This document shows positions 11,030 to 18,944 of a stretch of DNA of 61,042 nt, one piece after another; position 1 is the stretch's first letter; every line of letters begins with the position of its first letter. Made by a program: the position numbers and the translations under genes. The notes under the pieces were generated by a model, which worked only from the letters and a program-made list of their open reading frames with translations, did no database searches and was not told the origin of the DNA. Location: positions 1-61,042 of the forward strand of contig JAGVZT010000047.1 of the NCBI GenBank assembly GCA_018302335.1, read 5' to 3'. This DNA comes from Candidatus Woesearchaeota archaeon. Its GTDB lineage: Archaea; Nanobdellota; Nanobdellia; Woesearchaeales; JAGVZT01.

Positions 11030-11333
11030 AGGCGTGGTACGCCCGCACGTACCCAAGGTACAGCAGCCCGAAGAGCCCGCTGAAGAACGCCCACCGTTCG
11101 ACTCCGGAGAGGTCCACCTTGCCGAACCAGAGCGCGCTGGTCCCGGGCCCGCCGATGGTGAGGGATTCCCAGCCTTCCTGGCCGCAGAGCGCCCAACGGC
11201 CCGCGTGCGCGCCCTCGGGCGCCTGTGCGTACTTGCACGGCGAGAGGGGCAACAGCAGGATGACCGTGAACAGGGCCAGCGCGGCGACCGCGCCCGTGCG
11301 CAGGATGGGGTCCTCGATGAAGGATTCGCGCAT
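11007..11333 (-). CDS. Small membrane protein (108 aa)
   Basis: From the internal ATG of track ORF 11007..11540: two hydrophobic helices (GAVAALALFTVILLLPL and WAFFSGLFGLLYLGYV). The upstream part of that ORF has shadow-like composition. Confidence 0.4.
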   Translation of the reverse strand: MRESFIEDPILRTGAVAALALFTVILLLPLSPCKYAQAPEGAHAGRWALCGQEGWESLTIGGPGTSALWFGKVDLSGVERWAFFSGLFGLLYLGYVRAYHAFTARLRK

Positions 11334-11355
11334 ACTCCTGCTTCGGGAAGCGGTG

Positions 11356-12582
11356 CTACTTAAGATTTGTGGTGCGTTCGAGCGCCAGGATGAGCATCGC
11401 GTGGCTCCACGCAAGGGGCGTGATGCTGGGCTTCCCGTGGGCCTGCTCAGGCAGGTAGGGCCACGTTGGCTCCGCGGAGCGCAGGACGAAGCGGAGCTGC
11501 TCCATGGCGTGGGGATGCTGGCCCGCCTCCTCCAGGACAATCGCCGCGAAACAGCTCAGCAGGGGCCATGGCCCCGCGCCGGTGAATGTGGGCGTGCCGT
11601 GCCCCATTCCGCCGCAATACACATCGCCAGGGTAGCGGACCAGTCCCCCGTCGCGGCCGCACTCCCGGAAGATGCTCTCCAACGTAGGGGACATCCGTGC
11701 ATCGTCCGGCGGGAGGAGCTGAGCGGGCCACACCAGGCCGAGAAGGGAGCTGTCGGTCAGGGAGGAGACATCCCCTGCGGCGTGGGCATGCCGGTACTGC
11801 GACGTCTCGGGATAGGTCCTCGGCAGGGGGCCGCTTCCCGAGGCGTAGGCCAGCCCGAACATTCTCCGCATTCCAGCCGAAAGCTCCCGCCAGTCCGGCA
11901 CGTTCTGGTGCGCGGGAAGCATCTCCGCAGCGAGGTCCATCGCCCGGATGCACATGGCAAGGGAATAGAGGTGATGCTCGCCTGGCTGCGCCGCGCGCTC
12001 CTCCCAGCAGTCATAGTGGGGAAGCGTGAAGCCACCCGCTCTCCCCAAGCTGGCATCCCAGTGGCTGACGAGCCCATCGGCCGCAGTGGAGACAAGTTCC
12101 GCCAGCGAGCCCTCCGGCGCGAGGTTCCAGCGCCTGCAGTGCTCTGCAGCCGCGATGATGACGCTGCCGTTCTGGTCCGGCTGGAACTGGCTGCACGTTC
12201 CTCCGATGTGGAGGAAGCTGCGCTCGAGCTCGGGGGCGAGATGGAGCTCCTCGCGGTTCAGGCCCGTGCCCCCGACGGTGCCGTTGACGTGGTACGCGGT
12301 GTGGAAGATGCCTGTCTCGCGGAAGCCCTCGGCGCGCTCAACGCACCAGGAGAAGAACCTCCGTGGAATGTCCCGCATGCCGAGGCAGTCAGCCGCCATG
12401 GCGATGTATGCCGCGTCCCGGGGCCACACCGCGAGGTAGTCCTGGCAGTCCTTGGGATAGACGGAGAGTCCGCTGTTCGCCGCGACGAGCGCGCCGTTCG
12501 GGAAGGCACTGGCGGCGATGACATCACGGCTGGCCCGGACAAGCTCCGCGACTCTTCCCCGCTCAGCGGCGGAGAAGGGCAT
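11356..12582 (-). CDS. Glycoside hydrolase family 15 (glucoamylase/trehalase-like catalytic domain)
   Basis: AFPNGALVAANSG, YLAVWPRDAAY, (alpha/alpha)6-barrel-like length. Its ATG overlaps the upstream gene's stop as ATGA at 12580-12584. The track extension to 12744 was rejected. Confidence 0.82.
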   Translation of the reverse strand: MPFSAAERGRVAELVRASRDVIAASAFPNGALVAANSGLSVYPKDCQDYLAVWPRDAAYIAMAADCLGMRDIPRRFFSWCVERAEGFRETGIFHTAYHVNGTVGGTGLNREELHLAPELERSFLHIGGTCSQFQPDQNGSVIIAAAEHCRRWNLAPEGSLAELVSTAADGLVSHWDASLGRAGGFTLPHYDCWEERAAQPGEHHLYSLAMCIRAMDLAAEMLPAHQNVPDWRELSAGMRRMFGLAYASGSGPLPRTYPETSQYRHAHAAGDVSSLTDSSLLGLVWPAQLLPPDDARMSPTLESIFRECGRDGGLVRYPGDVYCGGMGHGTPTFTGAGPWPLLSCFAAIVLEEAGQHPHAMEQLRFVLRSAEPTWPYLPEQAHGKPSITPLAWSHAMLILALERTTNLK

Positions 12583-13379
12583 CAGTGCCCACCGGAGAAG
12601 GCGCCCGTGAGCGGGACGGCGAGGAGCTCCTTGGCCATCGTGGGCTCGACGAGGCGCACTTCCTGGGGCGACAAGCCAAGCGCCTGCCTGGTCTTCTCGT
12701 CCACGACAGCGATGAGCTTGGACTGGCGCTCGATGATGGGCCACTGCTTCTTGTAGGGCTCGTCGCCGATGCCGAGGTCGTAGGAGCGCTTCCCCCGTGA
12801 GATGGTATCGAGGATGTCACGGTGCAGCAGGAAGGTGGGGATGCAGCGTCGCTTGTGCTCGCGGTTCCACCAGCAGCCGAGGTAGTAGACCTGCTCGCCA
12901 TCCTCCATGGTGAGATGCACTCCCAGGAGTTCTTCTCCGACGAAGGCCGCGGTCCATCGCGCCTCCTTGAGGTAGAGGTCCATGCGCTGCCTCATGTCGC
13001 GCTTGGACTCCTTGAACTGGGCGACGAACCATGCGGACGCAGCCTCGAGGTCCCCGGGGCGGCCCTCGCGGAAGGTGACATCGGCGTTGAGCTTCGCGAT
13101 GCGCTTCAGGTCCTTTCTCAGGTCGGAGTCCAGCGCAAGCTCCTCCTGCCGCGGCGGGAGCGCGATGATGTTGGTCTTCGCGTCCTCGTCGTCGCAGACG
13201 GTCCCGACGGGACTATCGCAGTGCACCGAGAACGAGACAAAGGGGAGAGGGAGCTGCCCGACGTCGCGCTCCTCGAGCCAGATGTAGGGGAGGTACCAGA
13301 CGTCGCGGTGGGTCCAGTAGCTCACGTCGCGGGTGAGGCGCACCTTCCGGAACCGAAGCGGCATCGACTTGATGTCCAT
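12582..13379 (-). CDS. FemAB-like / BioF2-like GNAT-fold acyl- or peptidyl-transferase (Acetyltransf_6-like)
   Basis: C-terminal signature SYDLGIGDEPYKKQW, preceded by YYLGCWWNREHKR. The ATG at 13379 is 21 nt from an A/T box. Confidence 0.68.
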   Translation of the reverse strand: MDIKSMPLRFRKVRLTRDVSYWTHRDVWYLPYIWLEERDVGQLPLPFVSFSVHCDSPVGTVCDDEDAKTNIIALPPRQEELALDSDLRKDLKRIAKLNADVTFREGRPGDLEAASAWFVAQFKESKRDMRQRMDLYLKEARWTAAFVGEELLGVHLTMEDGEQVYYLGCWWNREHKRRCIPTFLLHRDILDTISRGKRSYDLGIGDEPYKKQWPIIERQSKLIAVVDEKTRQALGLSPQEVRLVEPTMAKELLAVPLTGAFSGGH

Positions 13380-13399
13380 AGCCAGAGTGAACACCGATA

Positions 13400-13411
13400 G
13401 GAATAAAAAGC
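13400..13411. promoter_or_regulatory. Shared A/T box in a 74-bp divergent spacer
   Basis: GGAATAAAAAGC. 21 nt from the minus-strand ATG at 13379 and 43 nt from the plus-strand ATG at 13454. Confidence 0.45.
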
Positions 13412-13453
13412 CTGCGGATTTTTTCCGGACCAGATGCATGCCGTAGGTGCGTG

Positions 13454-15871
13454 ATGACCGAAGAATTCTCCGGGAAGACTCTCCTGTTCGTGAACTCCGG
13501 TTCCAGGAAGAAGGAATTCATCTTCCAGCGCGCGAAGGACCTCGGCCTGAAGGTCGTGCTGGTCAACTCCCAGCTGAGCTGGGAGAAGAAGTATGTGGAC
13601 CACTTCATCCAGGCGGACACCTATCAGCACGGTGAGGTCCTGCGCAAGCTCCGCTCCTTCCTGAAGCAGGAGCGCTTCGACGGGGCAGTGACGTTCTGGG
13701 AGGACGACGTCCCGCTGCTGGGCGCGATATGCGAGAAGTTCAAGTTTCCCGGCCCCGACAGGGCGAGCGCCCGGCTCTCCAGGAACAAGTACGAGATGCG
13801 GAGCGCCTTCAAGGCGAACGGGACTCCCTGCCCGGACTTCAGGCTCGTGACATCCGAGGAGGAGCTCATCGCCGCCATGCCGGTGATAGGCTTTCCTTCG
13901 GTCATCAAGCCCGCATGGGGTTCAGATAGCGAGTTCGTCATCAAAGTCACCTCCGAAGAGGAGGCGAAGCAGGTCTTCTCCTACGTGAAGAAGAACGCGA
14001 CCCCGAAGTTCAATCCCATCTTCCGCTACAACGATTCGCAGTTCGTGTTCGAACAGTTCATGGAGGGCCACGAGGTCAGCGTGGAGAGCGTGACGCAGGA
14101 CGGCGCGACGCACGTGCTGGCCATCGTGGACAAGGCCCCGATGCGCGAGCCGTACTTCATGGAGCGCGGGGACAGCGCGCCGACGCGCTACCCTGGCGAC
14201 ATGAAGAGGCGCATCGACGAGGCGGTGAAGCTCGCCCACGCCGCGGTGGGGGTGAAGAGCGCGGTGACCCACACCGAGGTGAAAATCACTCCGAACGGCC
14301 CGATGGTCGTGGAGATAGCGTCGCGCATGGGCGGCGACTACATCTGGGACTGGGTCAAGACCATCTGGGGCGTGGACCTCGTGGAGGAGAGCTTCCGCAT
14401 CGCGTTGGGCATCCCTGTTCGGGCGGAGAAGCGCAGGGATCCCGCCTGCCACCTGGTGGGGCAGTACATCATCCCGGAGAACAGCGGCATCATCTCAACC
14501 ATCCAGGGAGCGTCTGACCTGGGGAAGCAGCCCGGCATCCACAGCGTCTACCTCGCCAAGCGCGTCGGAGACACCATCCTCGTCCCGCCCGAGGGCTTCG
14601 AGACCGTGGGGTGGGTGGTAGCCCAGGGGGAGAGCGAGACCGAGGCCGAGCGCAACCTCTTCAACGCCGTGTCGGCGCTGAAGGTGGAGGTCATCCAGTT
14701 CAAGCCCACGAGCAGCATCGGGAAGACGGTGCGGCCGAACAAGTGGAGCGCAGCGTCCCTGAACCGGCGCGAGATCCTCTCCGGGGCGCGCATCGAGCGC
14801 CTCAGGACCTTCACTCGGGAGGACGTGAAGAAGCTGAACGTGGGTATCCTCTGCAATGTCTACGACACCGGCGCAAATGGCACCGCGAGCGAGGTGGAGG
14901 CGGACCTCATGTCAGTGGGTCTGAACATCCAGAAGGCCCTGGAATCCCGGGGCCACAAGGTGACCTTCTTTGACATGAACGAGGACCCCATCCCCTTCAT
15001 GAAGCTCTACCGCTCCAAGGTGGACATCCTCTTCAATGTCTGCGAGCGCATCAACGACTCCTCCCTCCTGGAATCCCACGGCGCCGCCCTGCTGGACATC
15101 CTGAAATACCCGTACACTGGCTCGAATCCCCTGACGCTGGCGCTCTCGATAGACAAGATACGAGTCAAGCAGCTGCTGGACTTCCACAACATCCCCACGC
15201 CGAAGTGGGACTACGCGTACAGCATGGACGACGACATAGATGAGGAGCTGCGCTACCCCCTCATCGTGAAGCCGGCAGACACGGACAACTCCATCGGCAT
15301 CACGAACGAGTCCGTGGTGACGGACAAGGAGCAGCTCCGGGGCCAGCTCCAGAAAGTCATCGTGGACAACGGCAGGCCGGCGCTGGTGGAGGAGTACATC
15401 GACGGCGACGAGTACGACGTGAGCATCATGGGGAGCGAGGACGACGTGAAGGTCCTGCCGCTCTCGCGGAGCATCTTCGACGACCTGCCCCCGGGCTTCT
15501 GGCACATCTTCCCCTACGACGCGAAGTGGCATGATGGCACGGTCTACGACAAGATACGCAGCGAGCGGCCGCCGAAGATACTCAACAGGCTGGCGCGGCT
15601 CATCACGGAGATTGCCCTGGATACGTACAACATCCTCGACTGCCACGACTACGGACGTGTGGAGATACGCGTGGACAAGGAAGGGAATCCTTTCGTGCTG
15701 GAGCTGAACCCGAACCCGAGCATCAACCGGAATGACTGCGTCCCGGCGTGCGCGGAGCTGGTGGGGATGAGCTACGAGGACTTCATCGAGGAGATACTGT
15801 TCTCTGCCATCAAGCGCTACAAGGACAGGCCACCCTACTACCACTTGCAGAGCACCCAGGCGTTCTTCTGA
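13454..15871 (+). CDS. Tandem ATP-grasp ligase: N-terminal L-amino-acid-ligase/carboxylate-amine-ligase-like half fused to a C-terminal D-Ala-D-Ala-ligase-like half
   Basis: 805 aa. First half: FPSVIKPAWGSDSEFV, FEQFMEGHEVSVES, VVEIASRMGGD. Second half: RYPLIVKPADTDNSIGI, VEEYIDGDEYDVSI, DYGRVEIRVDKEGNPFVLELNPNPSI. Confidence 0.85.
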   Translation: MTEEFSGKTLLFVNSGSRKKEFIFQRAKDLGLKVVLVNSQLSWEKKYVDHFIQADTYQHGEVLRKLRSFLKQERFDGAVTFWEDDVPLLGAICEKFKFPGPDRASARLSRNKYEMRSAFKANGTPCPDFRLVTSEEELIAAMPVIGFPSVIKPAWGSDSEFVIKVTSEEEAKQVFSYVKKNATPKFNPIFRYNDSQFVFEQFMEGHEVSVESVTQDGATHVLAIVDKAPMREPYFMERGDSAPTRYPGDMKRRIDEAVKLAHAAVGVKSAVTHTEVKITPNGPMVVEIASRMGGDYIWDWVKTIWGVDLVEESFRIALGIPVRAEKRRDPACHLVGQYIIPENSGIISTIQGASDLGKQPGIHSVYLAKRVGDTILVPPEGFETVGWVVAQGESETEAERNLFNAVSALKVEVIQFKPTSSIGKTVRPNKWSAASLNRREILSGARIERLRTFTREDVKKLNVGILCNVYDTGANGTASEVEADLMSVGLNIQKALESRGHKVTFFDMNEDPIPFMKLYRSKVDILFNVCERINDSSLLESHGAALLDILKYPYTGSNPLTLALSIDKIRVKQLLDFHNIPTPKWDYAYSMDDDIDEELRYPLIVKPADTDNSIGITNESVVTDKEQLRGQLQKVIVDNGRPALVEEYIDGDEYDVSIMGSEDDVKVLPLSRSIFDDLPPGFWHIFPYDAKWHDGTVYDKIRSERPPKILNRLARLITEIALDTYNILDCHDYGRVEIRVDKEGNPFVLELNPNPSINRNDCVPACAELVGMSYEDFIEEILFSAIKRYKDRPPYYHLQSTQAFF

Positions 15872-15888
15872 GCTCGGGTGGGGACCGG

Positions 15889-15959
15889 CGGCCGCAATGG
15901 CGTCCGTTCTCCGCGCTGTCTCGCTGCTCTCGGTGCGAGCAAACGCTTAAGAGCGGCCG
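15889..15959 (+). repeat. CGGCCG-bounded intergenic repeat, copy F (71 bp, divergent right arm)
   Basis: CGGCCGCAATGGCGTCCGTTCTCCGCGCTGTCTCGCTGCTCTCGGTGCGAGCAAACGCTTAAGAGCGGCCG. Retains the central GCTGTCTCGC core. Confidence 0.65.
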
Positions 15960-15981
15960 GGCGTTCCCTCCGCCGGGGGAG

Positions 15982-16899
15982 ATGGCAACTTCGCTGGACT
16001 ATCAAGGACTGAGCTACCAGCAGCTGCTCTGGAGCCTCATCGCGAAGGCCTGCTCCGCTGGCCTGAAGGCCGAGTTCTACGGAGTGCTGCGCTATCCGGA
16101 GGGGGAGTTCCCGCTGCTGAAGCTCTCCTCCATGGAGCACGAGAGGCTCGTGGTCGTCTCGGCGAACATCCACGGGGACGAGGTCGCCGGCGCGCTCACC
16201 TTCGAGCACCTCGGGGATATCTTCTCCTACGCGGATGCCCGGAAGGTGAGCCTCATTGCCTACCCCTGCACCAATCCCACAGGCTTCGACCGCCGCATCC
16301 GCTACAACATCCGGAACGAGATGGGGAACAACGATTTCCTGCGGTACATCCTCCCTGACGGCAGCGCGGTGGACGACATCGGCGAGGGGCGGGATTTCGT
16401 CGAGTGGAAGTGGTCCTCGGACGCATCACTGGGCCAGAAGCTCCCTCTGGAGACGCAGCTGCTGCATGAGGAGCTGAAGAGGCTGCCCTTCGGGTGCATC
16501 AAGGGTGCTGCGGACCTGCACCAGGACTGCTTCCTGGACTTCTGCGCCACGCACTATGGCAGCTATGCGTATGTCCTGGACAAGAAGGAGGAGTTGGCGC
16601 CCATCGCGCGGCAGGCTGAGGGCATCGTGCCGCTCCTGCGGAACACCCAGATCACCTCTGGCTACGGCACGGTCGTCGACGAGAACGGGCAGGTCATTGC
16701 CAACTCCTCCATCGGGCCGTGGACGGACGGGCATGGCTTTGTGAAGCGCCACGACGGCTCGCTGCAGGACCTCTTCCATCGGCTTGGCGTTCCGTACACC
16801 GTCACCGTGGAAACGACGGGAAATGTCCCGCTGGAGAAGTCTGTCGCGGTCAATCTCGCCTGGGTCCGGGGCATCATCGACCTCGCGGCGCGGGCGTAG
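15982..16899 (+). CDS. M14-family zinc peptidase / AstE-AspA (succinylglutamate desuccinylase-aspartoacylase)-like amidohydrolase
   Basis: HxxE zinc motif in VVVSANIHGDEVAG, a second His in GAADLHQD, and a C-terminal acidic catalytic candidate in YTVTVETTG. The track extension from 15748 overlaps the ATP-grasp gene and copy F. Confidence 0.72.
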   Translation: MATSLDYQGLSYQQLLWSLIAKACSAGLKAEFYGVLRYPEGEFPLLKLSSMEHERLVVVSANIHGDEVAGALTFEHLGDIFSYADARKVSLIAYPCTNPTGFDRRIRYNIRNEMGNNDFLRYILPDGSAVDDIGEGRDFVEWKWSSDASLGQKLPLETQLLHEELKRLPFGCIKGAADLHQDCFLDFCATHYGSYAYVLDKKEELAPIARQAEGIVPLLRNTQITSGYGTVVDENGQVIANSSIGPWTDGHGFVKRHDGSLQDLFHRLGVPYTVTVETTGNVPLEKSVAVNLAWVRGIIDLAARA

Positions 16900-16969
16900 G
16901 CTCTGCTGGTGAGCCGAAATCCTTCCGGAATCGGAACAGCAACCGTTATGAACGCTGCGTCCTGGCTTC

Positions 16970-17089
16970 ATGACTGAAGCTTTTTACCGGCTGCGCGTCG
17001 GCCAATACCGTGTCATTCTGGACATTGCTGATGCGGAACTCATCATCTACGTCATCGAGCTTTGCCACAGCCGGGACATCTACGCCTGA
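16970..17089 (+). pseudogene. Remnant (C-terminal ~39 aa) of a RelE/ParE-family type II toxin
   Basis: Translation is MTEAFYRLRVGQYRVILDIADAELIIYVIELCHSRDIYA*, which matches the conserved RelE/ParE C-terminal block (yRlRvGdYRviY.i....i.v..i.HRkdiY). An in-frame stop lies at 16949-16951. No N-terminal half and no antitoxin gene are present. Confidence 0.5.
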
Positions 17090-18198
17090 GTCCAGCGCTC
17101 GCCGTCCCACGCGTACGGGACGCCGTCGAACGCGATTCTTCCGCCTTCTCTGAGGTCCTTGATGAGGTCCCAGTGGATTGCGCTCTTGTTGAGGCCGCCG
17201 TTCTCGTCATAGGCGCGGCCCAGCGCGAAGTGCGCGCTGCCGCCGATTTTCTCGTCGAAAAGGATGCGCTTGGTGCTGCGCTGGATGCCCGGGTTCGTGC
17301 CGATGCCGAGCTCTCCCAGCGTCCGCGAGCCGCTGTCCGTGTCGAGCATGGCGATGAGGAACTCCTCGTTCTTCGCTGCGCTGGCGTCGATGACTTTCCC
17401 GGCTGAGAACTTCAGGGTGACATCAGCGACCTCGCGCGCCTGGTAGACCTGCGGGAACTCCGAGAAGCGGATGATGCCGTCGACCGCGTCCTCCAGGGGC
17501 GCGGTGAAGACCTCGCCGCTCGGCATGTTGTGTGTGCCCGCTGAGTTTATTGCATTCCGGCCGGAGACTCCGAGGGTGAGGTCGGTGTCCTTGCCCAGGA
17601 TGCGCACTTCGCTGGAGCGGTTGAGCAGGTCCGCGAGAGACTGCTGCGTGGCCTCGAGCTCCTTCCATGCGCGCATCGGGTCCTCGCGCTCGAGGAACAT
17701 CGAGGCGTAGACGAAGCGCTCGAACTCCGGGAGGGACATCTCCGCATCCTGGGCGTAGGCGTCGGTGGGGTAGAGCGTCGAGGTCCAGCGGACTTTTTCG
17801 CTTCCGTCCGGATTCCTGCCCATGATGCGCTCGCTCACGGGTTGGAGAACCTTGCTTCTTGCGGAGACGCGGCCGGGGTCGACGCCCGAGAGCGATTTCG
17901 TGTTGGTCTCCGAGGCGACGTGGACGAGGACGTCTGCATGCTCCGCGTCGAACATCTCGAAGACAGAGCGCGCCATGACGTCGTCGCTCGCATGCTCGTA
18001 GTAGAGCGGCCCTTGCCAGCCGAAAGCAATGCGCAGGACGGGCTCCGCCCCTCGGCGCAGCACCGCGGCGTACAGTTCGCGGAGCAGCGGTTCCGCCACC
18101 GGCGTTCCGCGGATGAGCACGCGGTCTCCGGAGGCTACCGGCGCGCTGTAGTCGATAAGAAGCGACGCGTACCTCTCCATCAGGTCCATAACACTCAC
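17080..18198 (-). CDS. Aminopeptidase, M29 (AmpS/aminopeptidase T) family
   Basis: GTHNMPSGEVFTAP, LGELGIGTNP, FDEKIGGSAHFALG. The track start is GTG at 18198; the first ATG is at 18189. Confidence 0.87.
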   Translation of the reverse strand: MSVMDLMERYASLLIDYSAPVASGDRVLIRGTPVAEPLLRELYAAVLRRGAEPVLRIAFGWQGPLYYEHASDDVMARSVFEMFDAEHADVLVHVASETNTKSLSGVDPGRVSARSKVLQPVSERIMGRNPDGSEKVRWTSTLYPTDAYAQDAEMSLPEFERFVYASMFLEREDPMRAWKELEATQQSLADLLNRSSEVRILGKDTDLTLGVSGRNAINSAGTHNMPSGEVFTAPLEDAVDGIIRFSEFPQVYQAREVADVTLKFSAGKVIDASAAKNEEFLIAMLDTDSGSRTLGELGIGTNPGIQRSTKRILFDEKIGGSAHFALGRAYDENGGLNKSAIHWDLIKDLREGGRIAFDGVPYAWDGERWTQA

Positions 18199-18270
18199 CC
18201 CGCGCAGGGGGGTGGCTGGGCGCTTAAAAGCGTTTGCCGGGCTTGGCGTCGGTCGGGCTAACCTCGAACC

Positions 18271-18864
18271 CTACCTGCTCGAGTCCGCCTGGCGCTCAAT
18301 CTCGAGCTTGCGCGCGATGGCCAGGGAGTTGGCGTTCGACTGGAACGCGGAGAGAATCTCGTCAGCGAGCGCGTGCTCCGCGCTAACCTTCTTGTCGAAG
18401 CACCGCGTGTACGTGCCCTGGACGAAGAAGCGCAGCGCCACGTCGACGCGCCGCTGGGGAGCGCACTCGACTGCCTTCGGGTATCTCGCGCCGCCGTACT
18501 CAATCGAGATGATCTCCTCGCGCGGAGCGGCGTTCTCAATCGCCTTGACAAAGACTTCGAGGGGGTTCTTCTTGGTGCGTTGCTCGATGATGGTAAAGGC
18601 AGACTCGACAAGCTTGAGGGTATGGACCTTCTTCCCGGTGTTGTGGCCCGAGGAGCGGTTGTGCTTCTTTCCCTTGTGGCCAGGGACCATGAGCTTGCCT
18701 ACCAGCCGCTCCACGATGAACGTCTTGGACCTGTGGAATCGCAATTTCGCATTTCTGCCGCCGGTGCTCGCGACCACGGAGGTCGCAAGGGAGATATAGT
18801 CCTTCAGCCCGGGGTCGGTGACCTTGATGCCTTCTGCGCTCCAGCGGTTGAATGACAGCACCAT
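18271..18864 (-). CDS. rps7: 30S ribosomal protein uS7
   Basis: LVGKLMVPGHKGKKHNRSSGHNTGKK...ARYPKAVECAPQRRVDVALR. ATG at 18864 is 23 nt from a TATA box. The track TTG start at 18879 is less likely. Confidence 0.93.
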   Translation of the reverse strand: MVLSFNRWSAEGIKVTDPGLKDYISLATSVVASTGGRNAKLRFHRSKTFIVERLVGKLMVPGHKGKKHNRSSGHNTGKKVHTLKLVESAFTIIEQRTKKNPLEVFVKAIENAAPREEIISIEYGGARYPKAVECAPQRRVDVALRFFVQGTYTRCFDKKVSAEHALADEILSAFQSNANSLAIARKLEIERQADSSR

Positions 18865-18886
18865 GTTCCCTGGGAGCAATCCCGGT

Positions 18887-18899
18887 GGCTTTTTAAAGG
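18887..18899 (-). promoter_or_regulatory. TATA box for rps7
   Basis: GGCTTTTTAAAGG, 23 nt upstream of ATG 18864. Confidence 0.55.
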
Positions 18900-18912
18900 T
18901 TTCTCTGAGAAA

Positions 18913-18923
18913 GGTTTTAATAC
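18913..18923 (+). promoter_or_regulatory. TATA box for gatD-gatE
   Basis: GGTTTTAATAC, 22 nt upstream of ATG 18945. Confidence 0.55.
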
Positions 18924-18944
18924 TGTCAGGACGCCCGGGAAGCC

